Shown here one piece after another: positions 29,575-38,633 of a DNA stretch of 64,000 bases. Location of the stretch: contig JALCSW010000001.1 in NCBI GenBank assembly GCA_022653695.1, forward strand, positions 237,034 to 301,033, read 5' to 3'. The notes under the pieces were generated by a model. It searched no databases. It worked only from the letters and a program-made list of their open reading frames with translations, and was not told the origin of the DNA. This stretch comes from Bacilli bacterium (GTDB lineage Bacteria > Bacillota_I > Bacilli_A > RFN20 > CAG-826). Position numbers and translations under genes: made by a program. Each line of letters begins with the position of its first letter. Position 1 is the first letter of the stretch.

Positions 29575-29603
29575 AGTATAGTTTCTAAAGAAACTAGTTA
29601 CAA
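29575..29603 (-). promoter_or_regulatory. Candidate nifJ promoter with a palindrome in the spacer
   Basis: The minus strand reads TTGTAA (29603-29598), a 17-nt spacer, then TATACT (29580-29575). The perfect palindrome TAGTTTCT-2nt-AGAAACTA (29579-29596) fills the spacer. Confidence 0.5.
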
Positions 29604-29661
29604 TGCGATACCGCAAAAAAGGGCTTTCGGAACAAACAAAGGAACTTTATTCAAAAACACG

Positions 29662-29688
29662 AAAAAGCCCCCGCCGTGAGACGGGGGC
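29662..29688 (-). terminator. Rho-independent terminator after the Big_2 lipoprotein gene
   Basis: The minus-strand RNA reads GCCCCCG-loop-CGGGGGC followed by UUUUUC. Confidence 0.7.
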
Positions 29689-29711
29689 ATCGTAACGTTC
29701 AATGAAACCGA

Positions 29712-32018
29712 TTAAGCGGCGTCGGCGATGGTTATAGTAATTGAATTCAAACGAAATTGTTTGATGGCGGTTAGAGTAACAGCCGAGACCCCTTCAGTCA
29801 GTGTAACGACATCGTCGCCAATCGTACCAACACTAGATGAAGCGTTAGTCGAATTGACAAGATAAGAAGTTACCGAAGAAGTTTCGAAAGCTTTGATAAC
29901 CTTCCCAACTGGGGCGTTGATCGTGATCGTTTGTCCAACGTAAATACGGATTGGATTCGAGTATTTTAGAGCATCAGAAGTATCATTCAACGCGATGGCG
30001 GACGACGAAGTGTTCTTAGCAACCTCGACAAGGCAATCAGAAACAGTTTTTGTCCAACCACTTGTAGAAATTGTGGTGAAAGAAGAATTGAACGCAGTGT
30101 CAAACGTCAACGCAACACTTTTACCAAGAGAGGCAATTATAGTAATCTCTGTAGAAGCGGATACAGCAGCGGCTTTCGTGCTGGTAGCGGTGACAACGAC
30201 GACGCCAGTCGTGGCTCCGGCGGTCAAGACACCAGTAGTGGAGTCGATGGTCGCAAGAGGATCGGTGACGGTCGTGTCTTTGTTGGCAACGGCCCAAGTG
30301 ACGCTTCTATCGCCATTGGCCGGCGTGACGGAAGCGACTTCCATCGCCAAAGTCTTGCCAGCCTCGACTTCGGTCGCGGCGCTGGCGCCTTGGATGGTGA
30401 TGGCCGTAGGATCGACCGGAGCGGACGCGGCAAAGCCAATGGCATAAATAAACTTGCCACTGGACTCGAAAGTCTTGCAGGCGAAAGTGGAGCCAACGGC
30501 TAAATTCGTGAAGTCGGCACCAGAAACGTCGGTATAACGGCTATCAAGGTAAAGGGTGTAAACGGTGGTTCCATCCCCGATGGCGAACTTAATCGTGTAG
30601 TTGCCATAAGTGTCGGTGGAAACTTCCTGCACGACCCCGTTGGCAATGGAGAAGCCCTTATTGATGTCGGCATTGGCTAAGGCGTACCCATCGGCCAAAG
30701 CGGTCCACGTGCCAGCGACGACGGTCGCGTCGGTGACAACTGAAAGCGAGGTGACAGTGGCTTCATAAGTGGTGAAATCGCCGCTTACATAATTGGCGAC
30801 GACGCCATTTATCTCAAGAACGGTCGTTCCGGCGACGAGGCCGTCCGGGATGAGGCTTGAAGTTACGCCGTAAAGCTGATACCAAGTGGCGCCATCGGCG
30901 ACATAGACGCCCTTGTAGGAACTCTTGCTCTCAAGGTTATTCTGACCCATGTAGACGGCATGCGTGACGAAGGTGTCGCCCTTCTCCAAAGCGAGGACGT
31001 CGGAGAGTTTGACGACCGAGCTAACGGTGATGTCAATCGTGCCGGTCTTGTCGTTGGAATCGGTCGCGGTGATGGTCACAGTGCCATCTTTGACGCCGGT
31101 GACTAAGCCGGTCTCGCTGACGGTGGCGACGGTATCGTCGCTTGAGGCCCACGAGGCAACCGTGGCACTAGTGTCTTTTAAAGCCGCGGAAAGCTGGACG
31201 GTGCCATTGGGTTTAATCGTGGTAACGCCATCGGCGGCCGTCACTTTGACGTCCGGGATGTATTCTTCGGCGGTCTTGACCCAAAGATAGGCATACCGAT
31301 TCGAAACGACTTCATAAAGATAGCCGGTGACGTCATAGGTCTTCCCAGCCTCGGCGGTTATGCCGCTAGGAAGGGTGAAGCTGCCTAGATTGTCGGAGCC
31401 GGCAACGGACCAATTGACGTAGTCCCCGCTCGCGAAAGCGCTCACTCTCATGGAAACATAAGGACGCATCTGTGGGGAATTGCCCTTAATGGCGGTCTTG
31501 CCTTTGACGTAATCTTTATCGGCGTCCATCGAAGTGAACCATTTGTCTAAAGCGGCGCCGTTAAAAGCGGTTTCCGGATCCGTGGCCACGGTCGGAGCTT
31601 TGCTAGGATCCAATTCGGTGACGATGGCGGTGTCCGTGAATTGGAAGTTGCCATAACGGTAGTTGGAAGAGCCGATGGTCTGCTGAACCTTAAGGTAATC
31701 GCCGATCTTGTAATTGCCGCAATTCCCTTTGTTGTAGTACGAGATACGGCCAGTTCCGTCATCGAGCAAAATGCTGTTCGCGCTGTTGGCGACGACGACG
31801 GCCTTGACCATGAAATCGCCTTCTTGCGTGATGGTCACGATCGGATTGGGCGCGGTTGTGATCGGACCCGGGTCTGACGAACTGATGAGGGACGAAGAAG
31901 ATGGGGCCGGGGCGCTCGAAGCCGAGGAACCGGTCGCGCTGGAACTGGTGTCCCCGCAACCTCCTAAGCCAAGAACGAGAAACGACGCCAAGGGTAATAG
32001 AATGATCTTACGATTCAT
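29712..32018 (-). CDS. Large surface lipoprotein with Big_2 (bacterial Ig-like group 2) domains, 768 aa
   Basis: Signal peptide plus lipobox MNRKIILLPLASFLVLGLGGCG and a Ser-rich linker. There are two Big_2-like segments (e.g. VQLSAALKDTSATVASWASSDDTVATVSETGLVTGVKDGTVTITATD). The N-terminal module resembles an OB-fold cap (KAVVVANSANSILLDDGTGRISYY...IGDYLKVQ). Confidence 0.8.
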   Translation of the reverse strand: MNRKIILLPLASFLVLGLGGCGDTSSSATGSSASSAPAPSSSSLISSSDPGPITTAPNPIVTITQEGDFMVKAVVVANSANSILLDDGTGRISYYNKGNCGNYKIGDYLKVQQTIGSSNYRYGNFQFTDTAIVTELDPSKAPTVATDPETAFNGAALDKWFTSMDADKDYVKGKTAIKGNSPQMRPYVSMRVSAFASGDYVNWSVAGSDNLGSFTLPSGITAEAGKTYDVTGYLYEVVSNRYAYLWVKTAEEYIPDVKVTAADGVTTIKPNGTVQLSAALKDTSATVASWASSDDTVATVSETGLVTGVKDGTVTITATDSNDKTGTIDITVSSVVKLSDVLALEKGDTFVTHAVYMGQNNLESKSSYKGVYVADGATWYQLYGVTSSLIPDGLVAGTTVLEINGVVANYVSGDFTTYEATVTSLSVVTDATVVAGTWTALADGYALANADINKGFSIANGVVQEVSTDTYGNYTIKFAIGDGTTVYTLYLDSRYTDVSGADFTNLAVGSTFACKTFESSGKFIYAIGFAASAPVDPTAITIQGASAATEVEAGKTLAMEVASVTPANGDRSVTWAVANKDTTVTDPLATIDSTTGVLTAGATTGVVVVTATSTKAAAVSASTEITIIASLGKSVALTFDTAFNSSFTTISTSGWTKTVSDCLVEVAKNTSSSAIALNDTSDALKYSNPIRIYVGQTITINAPVGKVIKAFETSSVTSYLVNSTNASSSVGTIGDDVVTLTEGVSAVTLTAIKQFRLNSITITIADAA

Positions 32019-32362
32019 TATTTGGTTTTCTCCTCTCCTATTACATAAGATATTTTAGGTTCTTTAAGGCCTTTCCGCAACACAATACCCCACTATGAAA
32101 AAAACCGTCATTTTTCATTGGCCAAATATCTTAGGCCTCATCAAGGATGGCAAAATTCCATTTACATTTTCGGCATAGGAAAAACCCGTCGATGAAATCT
32201 TTTTCATAATCGGCATGAGTATTTTGAAGGACCACTGAGAAGGCGAAACGGCAAGAAAAGCAATAATCGTTACGACGTAAGCGGAAAACCAAACCAGCGG
32301 GTTGGGGGAAACACCGATCCTAAGCCATCGCGATTAAGCGCCTAAAGAAAGAAGGCATAGTC

Positions 32363-32806
32363 CTATTTCCGTTTTTTCGATGTTTTGCTTTTTCGTTTGG
32401 CGACCTCTCGGTTCACGACCTTCTGAAGAAGATGGAGATCGTGGTCGCTCAATTTGAAACTAGGATCGACCAACCCGCCCGCGAACGTCATTTTCCTGTA
32501 AACGAAAGAAGCGACGCTTGGGTATTCCTCGAGTTCTTTGGCGCTCGCGACAACGCGTTTCGGGGAGGGGTTGGCCTTCCGCTTTTCGGCTTGTTTAGCA
32601 AGATAATCCTCGAGCGGCCCTTCAAGGTTCCGCATGTTGGCGCCGCTATCGAGCATCACCATCGGATCGAAAAAAGACAGCTCCTCGCCAAGGACGTCCG
32701 GATATAGACCCACCGCCTTAGAAAGATCCTCGAGGGAGATGTATTTTCGTTTGCTTTTCCGTAACGCGGAAAGGATTTTCGCAAGGTGCGTTTTTTTGAC
32801 GGCCAT
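32363..32806 (-). CDS. Basic hypothetical protein, 147 aa, possible winged-helix DNA-binding protein (weak Rex-N-terminal-like resemblance)
   Basis: An open frame in the local gene orientation with a Lys/Arg-rich C-terminus. The segment ISLEDLSKAVGLYPDVLGEELSFFDP resembles the Rex N-terminal wHTH ([25 protein letters not shown]). No SD. TAAAAT lies 6 nt upstream of the ATG. Confidence 0.5.
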   Translation of the reverse strand: MAVKKTHLAKILSALRKSKRKYISLEDLSKAVGLYPDVLGEELSFFDPMVMLDSGANMRNLEGPLEDYLAKQAEKRKANPSPKRVVASAKELEEYPSVASFVYRKMTFAGGLVDPSFKLSDHDLHLLQKVVNREVAKRKSKTSKKRK

Positions 32807-32830
32807 GAATTCATTTTAAAGGGTTGGCCG

Positions 32831-32860
32831 AAAAAGAAAAGCCCCGCCCGAAAGCGGGGC
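32831..32860 (-). terminator. Rho-independent terminator after lipoprotein gene 32874..33704
   Basis: The minus-strand RNA reads GCCCCGC-UUUCGG-GCGGGGC followed by UUUUCUUUUU. Confidence 0.75.
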
Positions 32861-32873
32861 GAGGCAAACCATA

Positions 32874-33704
32874 TCAGATGGCGGGCGAATCGATCGAGGT
32901 GGCAGGGATGGAAGAAAGGTCCAATCCGGCTTTCGAGATGAACATGCTGGTAAGATTGAAAACCTGATCCTCGAGCCCGTCTTTATGGACGAGGTTGAAC
33001 TCATAGTTGCTATAGGTGATGCCGCCCGTAACGCTCGTGGTTTTGGCGCGGACGATGATATCGGTGAAGACGTAAGCGTCGCCGTCTTTGTCAAGGGTGA
33101 GGAAATAGTCGGTCTCCGTCGAGGAACCGTCGCTCCCGGAGACGACGGTTACGCAATTATAGCCGACCGTCGAATCGACGTTCGTATAGAGAACGGACAA
33201 GCTCGCAAAACCGGCTTCTTCGGCCGTTTCGCCACTATATTGTTTGATCGTGTCATAAATCGAGGCGATATAGGCGTAGTCGTCGACGAGCATCCTCTCG
33301 GCGGCCTCGCGGTGCCTCGACAAGGCATCGGGGCTATCGTAGACGTAACCGAACGAAGTGGTCCCGTTGACGAGATAATACGAAGAGTGGGCGGCGTCGC
33401 TGTGGCCAACGACGGACAAGGAGCTCGTCGAGTATTCGAAATCGTCGTTCGTGAAGAAACCAACTTCGTGGGCGCTGAGGGAATAGGAAACGGACTTCGG
33501 GCCGGCCTTCCTTAAACCGGAGGCATCCGCCGCGATGGAGGAACTTTTGGTCTTGAGGGTGAGCGCGGAAATGTGGACCGAGTCGAGACTCGATAAGGAA
33601 ACGAAGTCATCGGGCGTTGCCACCCCCGTCTCGACGTTGCTGCCGCATCCGGCAAGAGCCAGGCAGGCCAAAGCCGCCAAACTAATCTTGGTTGCGCGTG
33701 TCAT
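32874..33704 (-). CDS. Lipoprotein of unknown function, 276 aa
   Basis: Starts MTRATKISLAALACLALAGCG (lipobox) with GAAGGAGGAG upstream. It overlaps the upstream membrane-protein gene by 23 nt. Confidence 0.75.
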   Translation of the reverse strand: MTRATKISLAALACLALAGCGSNVETGVATPDDFVSLSSLDSVHISALTLKTKSSSIAADASGLRKAGPKSVSYSLSAHEVGFFTNDDFEYSTSSLSVVGHSDAAHSSYYLVNGTTSFGYVYDSPDALSRHREAAERMLVDDYAYIASIYDTIKQYSGETAEEAGFASLSVLYTNVDSTVGYNCVTVVSGSDGSSTETDYFLTLDKDGDAYVFTDIIVRAKTTSVTGGITYSNYEFNLVHKDGLEDQVFNLTSMFISKAGLDLSSIPATSIDSPAI

Positions 33705-34347
33705 TCCTGTCTCCTCCTTCAAGCCCGGTCCCGGTGGCGAAGCAGATCGCCCCAAGGATGAAGACCCCACCGCTCACGAGAGCGCCATAAGCGTCATGGA
33801 CGTAAAGGGAATCGTATTTCCAGTAGTTGAGCAAATCGGTGGCCGTGGTCCAGTCGGCGCCGCCGATTTTGTTGACGGCGAGAAACCAAATGGGGCCCAT
33901 GATAGCCATTAAGCCGGAGATGACGAAAAGCAAAGTGGTCAGTTTGCTCCATTTCTCGTTCTTGCGGGTGAAATTGAGCCACAAATCGAGACCGCACGCA
34001 ATAAGGGCGATAAGGACGCATCCAAGCGCGAATCCGTTGAAAGCGGATTGCTGGCTCACGAGCACTTCGGCCCCTTGGTCGCTTTTGGTGTAGAGGGCAA
34101 AATACCCGCCGCCGAAGAAATTGCTGAGCCCGCTGATGAGTTCCTGAGGGAAATCGTAATCCCGAGCGCCGGCCGTTGACGTATTGCTGTATTTTTGGTA
34201 GGCGACCGTGATTTGCGGAAGCGTCAGATACAGCACGATCGCGACGAGCGCGCAAACGACAGCGGCCAAACGGAGCCATTGGCCAGTGCGAAGCGAAAAC
34301 CGCGCTTTCTTTGGGGTTGCCGCCTCTTTCGATAAAACATTTTCCAT
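33682..34347 (-). CDS. Polytopic membrane protein of unknown function, 221 aa
   Basis: Several hydrophobic helices. It overlaps the downstream lipoprotein gene, which suggests coupled expression. Confidence 0.65.
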   Translation of the reverse strand: MENVLSKEAATPKKARFSLRTGQWLRLAAVVCALVAIVLYLTLPQITVAYQKYSNTSTAGARDYDFPQELISGLSNFFGGGYFALYTKSDQGAEVLVSQQSAFNGFALGCVLIALIACGLDLWLNFTRKNEKWSKLTTLLFVISGLMAIMGPIWFLAVNKIGGADWTTATDLLNYWKYDSLYVHDAYGALVSGGVFILGAICFATGTGLEGGDRNDTRNQD

Positions 34348-34424
34348 AACTGCCTTAGATTATATCTAAGCGAGCGCTTACATGCAACGCGGTTAAGGAA
34401 AACCACCATCAATAGATGGTGGCC

Positions 34425-34459
34425 AAAAAAGAAAAACCGAGCCTTTTTTGAAGGCTCGG
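34425..34459 (-). terminator. Rho-independent terminator after tRNA-Lys
   Basis: The minus-strand RNA reads CCGAGCC-UUCAAAAAA-GGCUCGG followed by UUUUUCUUUUUU. A second hairpin (CCACCATC-4nt-GATGGTGG) lies at 34403-34422. Confidence 0.7.
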
Positions 34460-34469
34460 CGCATGGTGT

Positions 34470-34545
<76 letters not shown>

Positions 34546-34615
34546 AGTGCGCGTATTATCCTAGTACGAATCGGGTTGGCGCGCAAGGCTTATTTAAGGG
34601 CCGGTCGACCCTATT

Positions 34616-35221
34616 TCAAACGTTCCTCTTTTCGGAGGCTTCGCGTTCTTTTTTGGCCCGATGGATCGCTCGCTTATTGGCGATGATGATCTTGGAATTG
34701 GCGAAGAATTCGGGAAGCCAAAGGCCAGTCTTCGCGACTTCGACGCCGTCGGTGTCGTTGATCGAGGCGATATCGTGCTTAAGAACGCGGAGATGACGGG
34801 AGTCGATGAGAAGAAGAGTCAACCCGTAAACGAAGGAGACACCACCGCCCCCAAGCGAGAGCACCGAAACCCAAAATTCGAAAGTCGTCGTCGTGAGATG
34901 ACGGGTGTTGTCGGATGGGTTCGTGAGATCAAGCTTATAGGCGAGGCTGAAGAAAATGCCGCCGATGACGAGAAAAATAAGCCCCAGGACGATGCAACTC
35001 ATCGCCCGATCGTTGAGATCGCGATAATGGTTTTCTTTTCGGTGCAGGTTCTGCACGAGCGGGGTTTTTTCCTCAAGGGTGAGTTTGCTTTCGTTGACCG
35101 GCGTCTTGCATCCGGAGCATTCTTTAGGGAGCCTTCCGCTCTTCTTATCAAGCGGAAGGCGCTTAAAGCATTTCTTGCAATAGATGGCCGCAATGGCGCT
35201 TTTCCCGTTTTTCATGCTCAA
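34616..35221 (-). CDS. Zinc-ribbon membrane protein of unknown function, 201 aa
   Basis: N-terminal CKKC...CSGC four-Cys ribbon, two central TM helices and a charged C-terminus. ATGA overlap with the upstream lipoprotein gene. Confidence 0.65.
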   Translation of the reverse strand: MSMKNGKSAIAAIYCKKCFKRLPLDKKSGRLPKECSGCKTPVNESKLTLEEKTPLVQNLHRKENHYRDLNDRAMSCIVLGLIFLVIGGIFFSLAYKLDLTNPSDNTRHLTTTTFEFWVSVLSLGGGGVSFVYGLTLLLIDSRHLRVLKHDIASINDTDGVEVAKTGLWLPEFFANSKIIIANKRAIHRAKKEREASEKRNV

Positions 35222-36024
35222 GAAACCTCCGGAGCGGTGATTGAGGCGACATAGTCGGTAAGGGCTTTGTTCTTGGTTGAGCCAAAGCCGGACAAAGTGG
35301 CCCTTGCGCCCAAATAAGCAACGCCGTTATAGGTGATGAAGAAACTGAATTTGTAAGAGGTCGAAGAGGCCGAATACTGGAGTTGGACATAAGAGAAACC
35401 CACGCCGGAAATCGAGGCGAGCACCCCATAAACGTTCAAGGCCTTGGCCATTTTCACCGTGGTTTCGAGGTCGTCGCACTGATCGATTTCGCTCCGGCTC
35501 GTGGGTGCGAAGGAAGAGGCGAGAACCGAAGCGTTGTCATAAAGGTATTTTGGGGTAGCATAGCAATCGTAAACGTCGGTGAGGCTCGTGGAAACGGCCT
35601 CCCCAAGCGTCAAAGTTTTATCGCTATCATAGCCGTAGCGGTAAACGCCGGCGGCTTTGCTGAGCGTGTTTCCGCTTGGCATATTGAGATAGCCATAAGT
35701 CTCTTTGCCTTCATCCCAGCCCGAAACGAAACGGACCTCATACCCCGAAGCCAAATAAGTTACGCTGGCGCTGGCGACTTTCGGAGCGACCCCGCTATCG
35801 GTCGCGGTTCCGGCCGCCACGAAACCGAAATAAAGGGAATTAAAGCCGTTTTTGTTGCTGAATTTCCTTAAAACGGTCGCGACTTCGGGTCTTGTCGCGA
35901 CGCTGCTGATAGCGCCGCCGGAAGAAGATACGACGTCAGAGGAGTCAAAATCGCATCCGGCAAGCGAAAAGACCGAAGCGAGGATAAGCAAAAAATTAAG
36001 TGATTTGTTCCGCACGGTTTTCAT
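35218..36024 (-). CDS. Lipoprotein of unknown function, 268 aa
   Basis: Starts MKTVRNKSLNFLLILASVFSLAGCD (lipobox). The ORF-track extension was trimmed to this Met. Confidence 0.7.
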   Translation of the reverse strand: MKTVRNKSLNFLLILASVFSLAGCDFDSSDVVSSSGGAISSVATRPEVATVLRKFSNKNGFNSLYFGFVAAGTATDSGVAPKVASASVTYLASGYEVRFVSGWDEGKETYGYLNMPSGNTLSKAAGVYRYGYDSDKTLTLGEAVSTSLTDVYDCYATPKYLYDNASVLASSFAPTSRSEIDQCDDLETTVKMAKALNVYGVLASISGVGFSYVQLQYSASSTSYKFSFFITYNGVAYLGARATLSGFGSTKNKALTDYVASITAPEVS

Positions 36025-36062
36025 TATATGCGAGCGCGCGGAAAGTCGCAACTCTCCACTGC

Positions 36063-36090
36063 AAGAAAAGACCGAGCATATGCTCGGTCT
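36063..36090 (-). terminator. Rho-independent terminator ending the ABC/nuclease operon
   Basis: The palindrome AGACCGAGCATATGCTCGGTCT (36069-36090) is followed on the minus strand by UUUCUU. Confidence 0.7.
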
Positions 36091-36112
36091 TGTTTATCGT
36101 AACGACGTCACA

Positions 36113-37192
36113 TCAGGAATTGATGGTGAACGTCGGGGCGATGATCTGGTAGTCGCCATAGCATCCAAGGATGCCATGAACCGTGATGTTGGCGCCGACG
36201 GCGATGCCGCTGGCCTGCGTGAAGGTGGCTTCCGCGTCGCTGCCTTGCTTGGTGTAGACGTTGATAGATCCCGTCCCAACGGTCAAGGAAATGGTTGAGG
36301 TGGTCTTGCTCGAATTGAAGGCGTTCTTCGTGACCGTGCCGGTAACGGCGAACTCGGTGCTCTCCATGCTGTCGGCAAGAGGCGTGGAACCGTCCCAAAC
36401 CGTCTCGGACGGAGCGACGATATCGGCCTTGTGGAAGTTGGGATCGTCGTCGCTGGCCTTGTCGAAGGAGCAACCGGCGCCTATCTCAAGAAGGCCGCTA
36501 TAAGGCGAGAACTTGCCTTCGATGCGGATATAGTCGCCAACGACCGGCGTGTACCCAGAAGCGACCGTGGGATTATAAGCCGTGATGCCAGCCTTGCCAT
36601 CGGCGACCCAATAAACGGAGTTCGAAAGCGGGTACTTACCAACGTAGATGCCGTAGGTCACGACGGCGTCGCCTGAGGACATGGTGCCCAAATCGGCGAT
36701 CTTCGTTACTTTCGTCGGATCGCTGCGGAGATTGAAATTTTTGGAGAAGACTTCGGCGTTCTCGTGCATCATGTGGGCGGTGAGGACATAGACGATCCAA
36801 GACGCCGTGTTGGCGGGGTCCTCGATCGGGTTGACGATCGTGATCGTGGCCTCTTTCTTCAAAGCGTCCGGATCGGAGTTTTCGACGCGTATCGAGGCCC
36901 CGGCGTATTCGGTTTGCACCACCGCGGTGTAATTGACCTCGAAGGTGTAACTATTTTCGCCGATCGCGCTCGTGATCTCGGCCACCGCCTTGAAACTGCG
37001 GCTGCCTAAGCCCTTTTGGGCCTGGGTATCGAAGTTCAGCATGCTGGCCGCGGCTTTGGCGGCTCGGACGAGTTCCGTCTCCTCGCTGGAGGAAACGGCG
37101 GATGATAAGGGCTGCGAAGACGTGCCTCCGCAAGCGACCATCGGCATTGCCAAGGCCGCCAACCCGAGAATCAATAAGACATTCTTTTTCAT
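36113..37192 (-). CDS. Lipoprotein with OB-fold-like (nucleic-acid-binding type) modules, 359 aa
   Basis: Starts MKKNVLLILGLAALAMPMVACGG with AGGAG upstream. Segments such as VGDYIRIEGKFSPYSGLLEIG and VGANITVHGILGCYGDYQIIAP resemble the OB caps of secreted nucleases. This assignment is inferential. Confidence 0.6.
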   Translation of the reverse strand: MKKNVLLILGLAALAMPMVACGGTSSQPLSSAVSSSEETELVRAAKAAASMLNFDTQAQKGLGSRSFKAVAEITSAIGENSYTFEVNYTAVVQTEYAGASIRVENSDPDALKKEATITIVNPIEDPANTASWIVYVLTAHMMHENAEVFSKNFNLRSDPTKVTKIADLGTMSSGDAVVTYGIYVGKYPLSNSVYWVADGKAGITAYNPTVASGYTPVVGDYIRIEGKFSPYSGLLEIGAGCSFDKASDDDPNFHKADIVAPSETVWDGSTPLADSMESTEFAVTGTVTKNAFNSSKTTSTISLTVGTGSINVYTKQGSDAEATFTQASGIAVGANITVHGILGCYGDYQIIAPTFTINS

Positions 37193-37209
37193 AAATCGCT
37201 CCTTTCGTG

Positions 37210-38619
37210 TTATGAATTGAACACCAGATCGTTGTTGTGACAGAGCACGAGTTGATACATGACCGTGCCCTTCGTGTTGATGTACTTTTGGATCGGCGCC
37301 TCGATGTTGAAGGTTTCGCCGGCGGCGCAAAGATAATCCTTGTAGTTGGTGGCATCGATGTTGGTCATGCCGTCACTACGATCCTTCAAAGTGCCCTTAT
37401 CGAAACGAAGATAGAATTTGTTGGTGGAGCCGTCCTCCACGAGAACCGTGAAAGCGCCGCCGTCGCTATCGGCCCAAGAGCCGCTCGCGACGCCGTGGAG
37501 GCCGTTCATTTGGACGACGACGTTAAGATAATCGTCGCTCCAACCCTCGGCCGGCGTGATGGTTGGGGCGTCGTAGGCCGATTCCGTCTTGTCGAGGATC
37601 GTGATGTCGTTGGCATCGTGATAAAGGGCGTTGTACTGAACGTTGGTCAGTTGGTAATTCCCGTTATAACTCGTGAAGATGCCGGGGATATTGAGTTTCC
37701 AGCCAATGTGGTACAAAGGCGAAATGTTCCGATAGCCCGTGAAGATGTATAGACCATAACGAATGGTGATGTTCGGATCGTCGTAATCAGGCAAGTCGGC
37801 ATAGACGAAAGCGTTTTGGTTTTGGGTGAAAGCGACTGTGGCGTCGAAGGCGACCTTATGGTACTTTTCATCCGTCCAGTCGATTTTATCGTAAGCGCTC
37901 GTCTCGTCGTTATAGACCTTGCCGTTAATGAGTTCGCGAAGCGTCGTTTGGGTGGCGTCGCCATAGGTGAAGCGGGGGTCGCTGCTGCCACAGAACATTC
38001 CGACTTTGTTGCATTGGGCTTGCGCGTCGGCCGCGTAGAACTCGGTCGCGTAGATGCTGTCGCTCGCCGATTTGGCGGCGCTCCAACCCGCGACGACGAT
38101 CATGAGGTTGAGCAATTTCAGGGACGCGTATGGCGCGTCCTCTTCTTCGCTCACCCACACGTAGGAAAGCCAACGCACGCCGGTGCTGTCGGCTTTGGCA
38201 TGGGCGATGTCGGTGAAGTTGCTCGAGATGACGATCGTCTTGGCGCTATTGATGTGAGCGGCCGTGAATTCGCTCGCCCACTTGCCCCAAGGCTGGACCT
38301 GACCGGTTGATTCCGGAGTGTCAATGCAAAGGTAACGAGAGGCGATTTTGACGGCTCGGTTGCTCGAGCCGTCGCTATTGCGGTCGTAGAAATGGGTCGT
38401 GTCCCCATCGATATTCTCGTTCAGGTTGACCTGACCGATCCCGTCGGTGAGGAAATGATGGTCGTGGTAATCGACCGTAAGCTTGACTTTGCTCACGTAA
38501 TCGGCCCCATCGCAGGCGCTCGAAGAATCGCCCGAAGAAGAAACCGAAGAGACGCTTTGGCACCCCATAAGGGGGAGGGCCAAGCAGGCGATCGCTAAGG
38601 CAATGATGTTTTTACGCAT
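37210..38619 (-). CDS. Staphylococcal-nuclease (SNase/thermonuclease)-like lipoprotein with a long C-terminal extension, 469 aa
   Basis: Starts MRKNIIALAIACLALPLMGCQ with AGGAGGG upstream. The SNase active-site pattern is IDGDTTHF...RYLCIDTPES. The start lies 14 nt after the stop of the binding-protein gene. Confidence 0.8.
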   Translation of the reverse strand: MRKNIIALAIACLALPLMGCQSVSSVSSSGDSSSACDGADYVSKVKLTVDYHDHHFLTDGIGQVNLNENIDGDTTHFYDRNSDGSSNRAVKIASRYLCIDTPESTGQVQPWGKWASEFTAAHINSAKTIVISSNFTDIAHAKADSTGVRWLSYVWVSEEEDAPYASLKLLNLMIVVAGWSAAKSASDSIYATEFYAADAQAQCNKVGMFCGSSDPRFTYGDATQTTLRELINGKVYNDETSAYDKIDWTDEKYHKVAFDATVAFTQNQNAFVYADLPDYDDPNITIRYGLYIFTGYRNISPLYHIGWKLNIPGIFTSYNGNYQLTNVQYNALYHDANDITILDKTESAYDAPTITPAEGWSDDYLNVVVQMNGLHGVASGSWADSDGGAFTVLVEDGSTNKFYLRFDKGTLKDRSDGMTNIDATNYKDYLCAAGETFNIEAPIQKYINTKGTVMYQLVLCHNNDLVFNS

Positions 38620-38633
38620 GTTTTTCCCTCCTG

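Noticed and set aside
32019-32362. A 344-nt AT-richer spacer upstream of the Big_2 lipoprotein gene, examined for small ORFs or a riboswitch
   Set aside because: It has only 26-32 aa ORFs without SD or hydrophobic character, and I could not see a conserved riboswitch core. It is most simply a promoter/5' UTR region.
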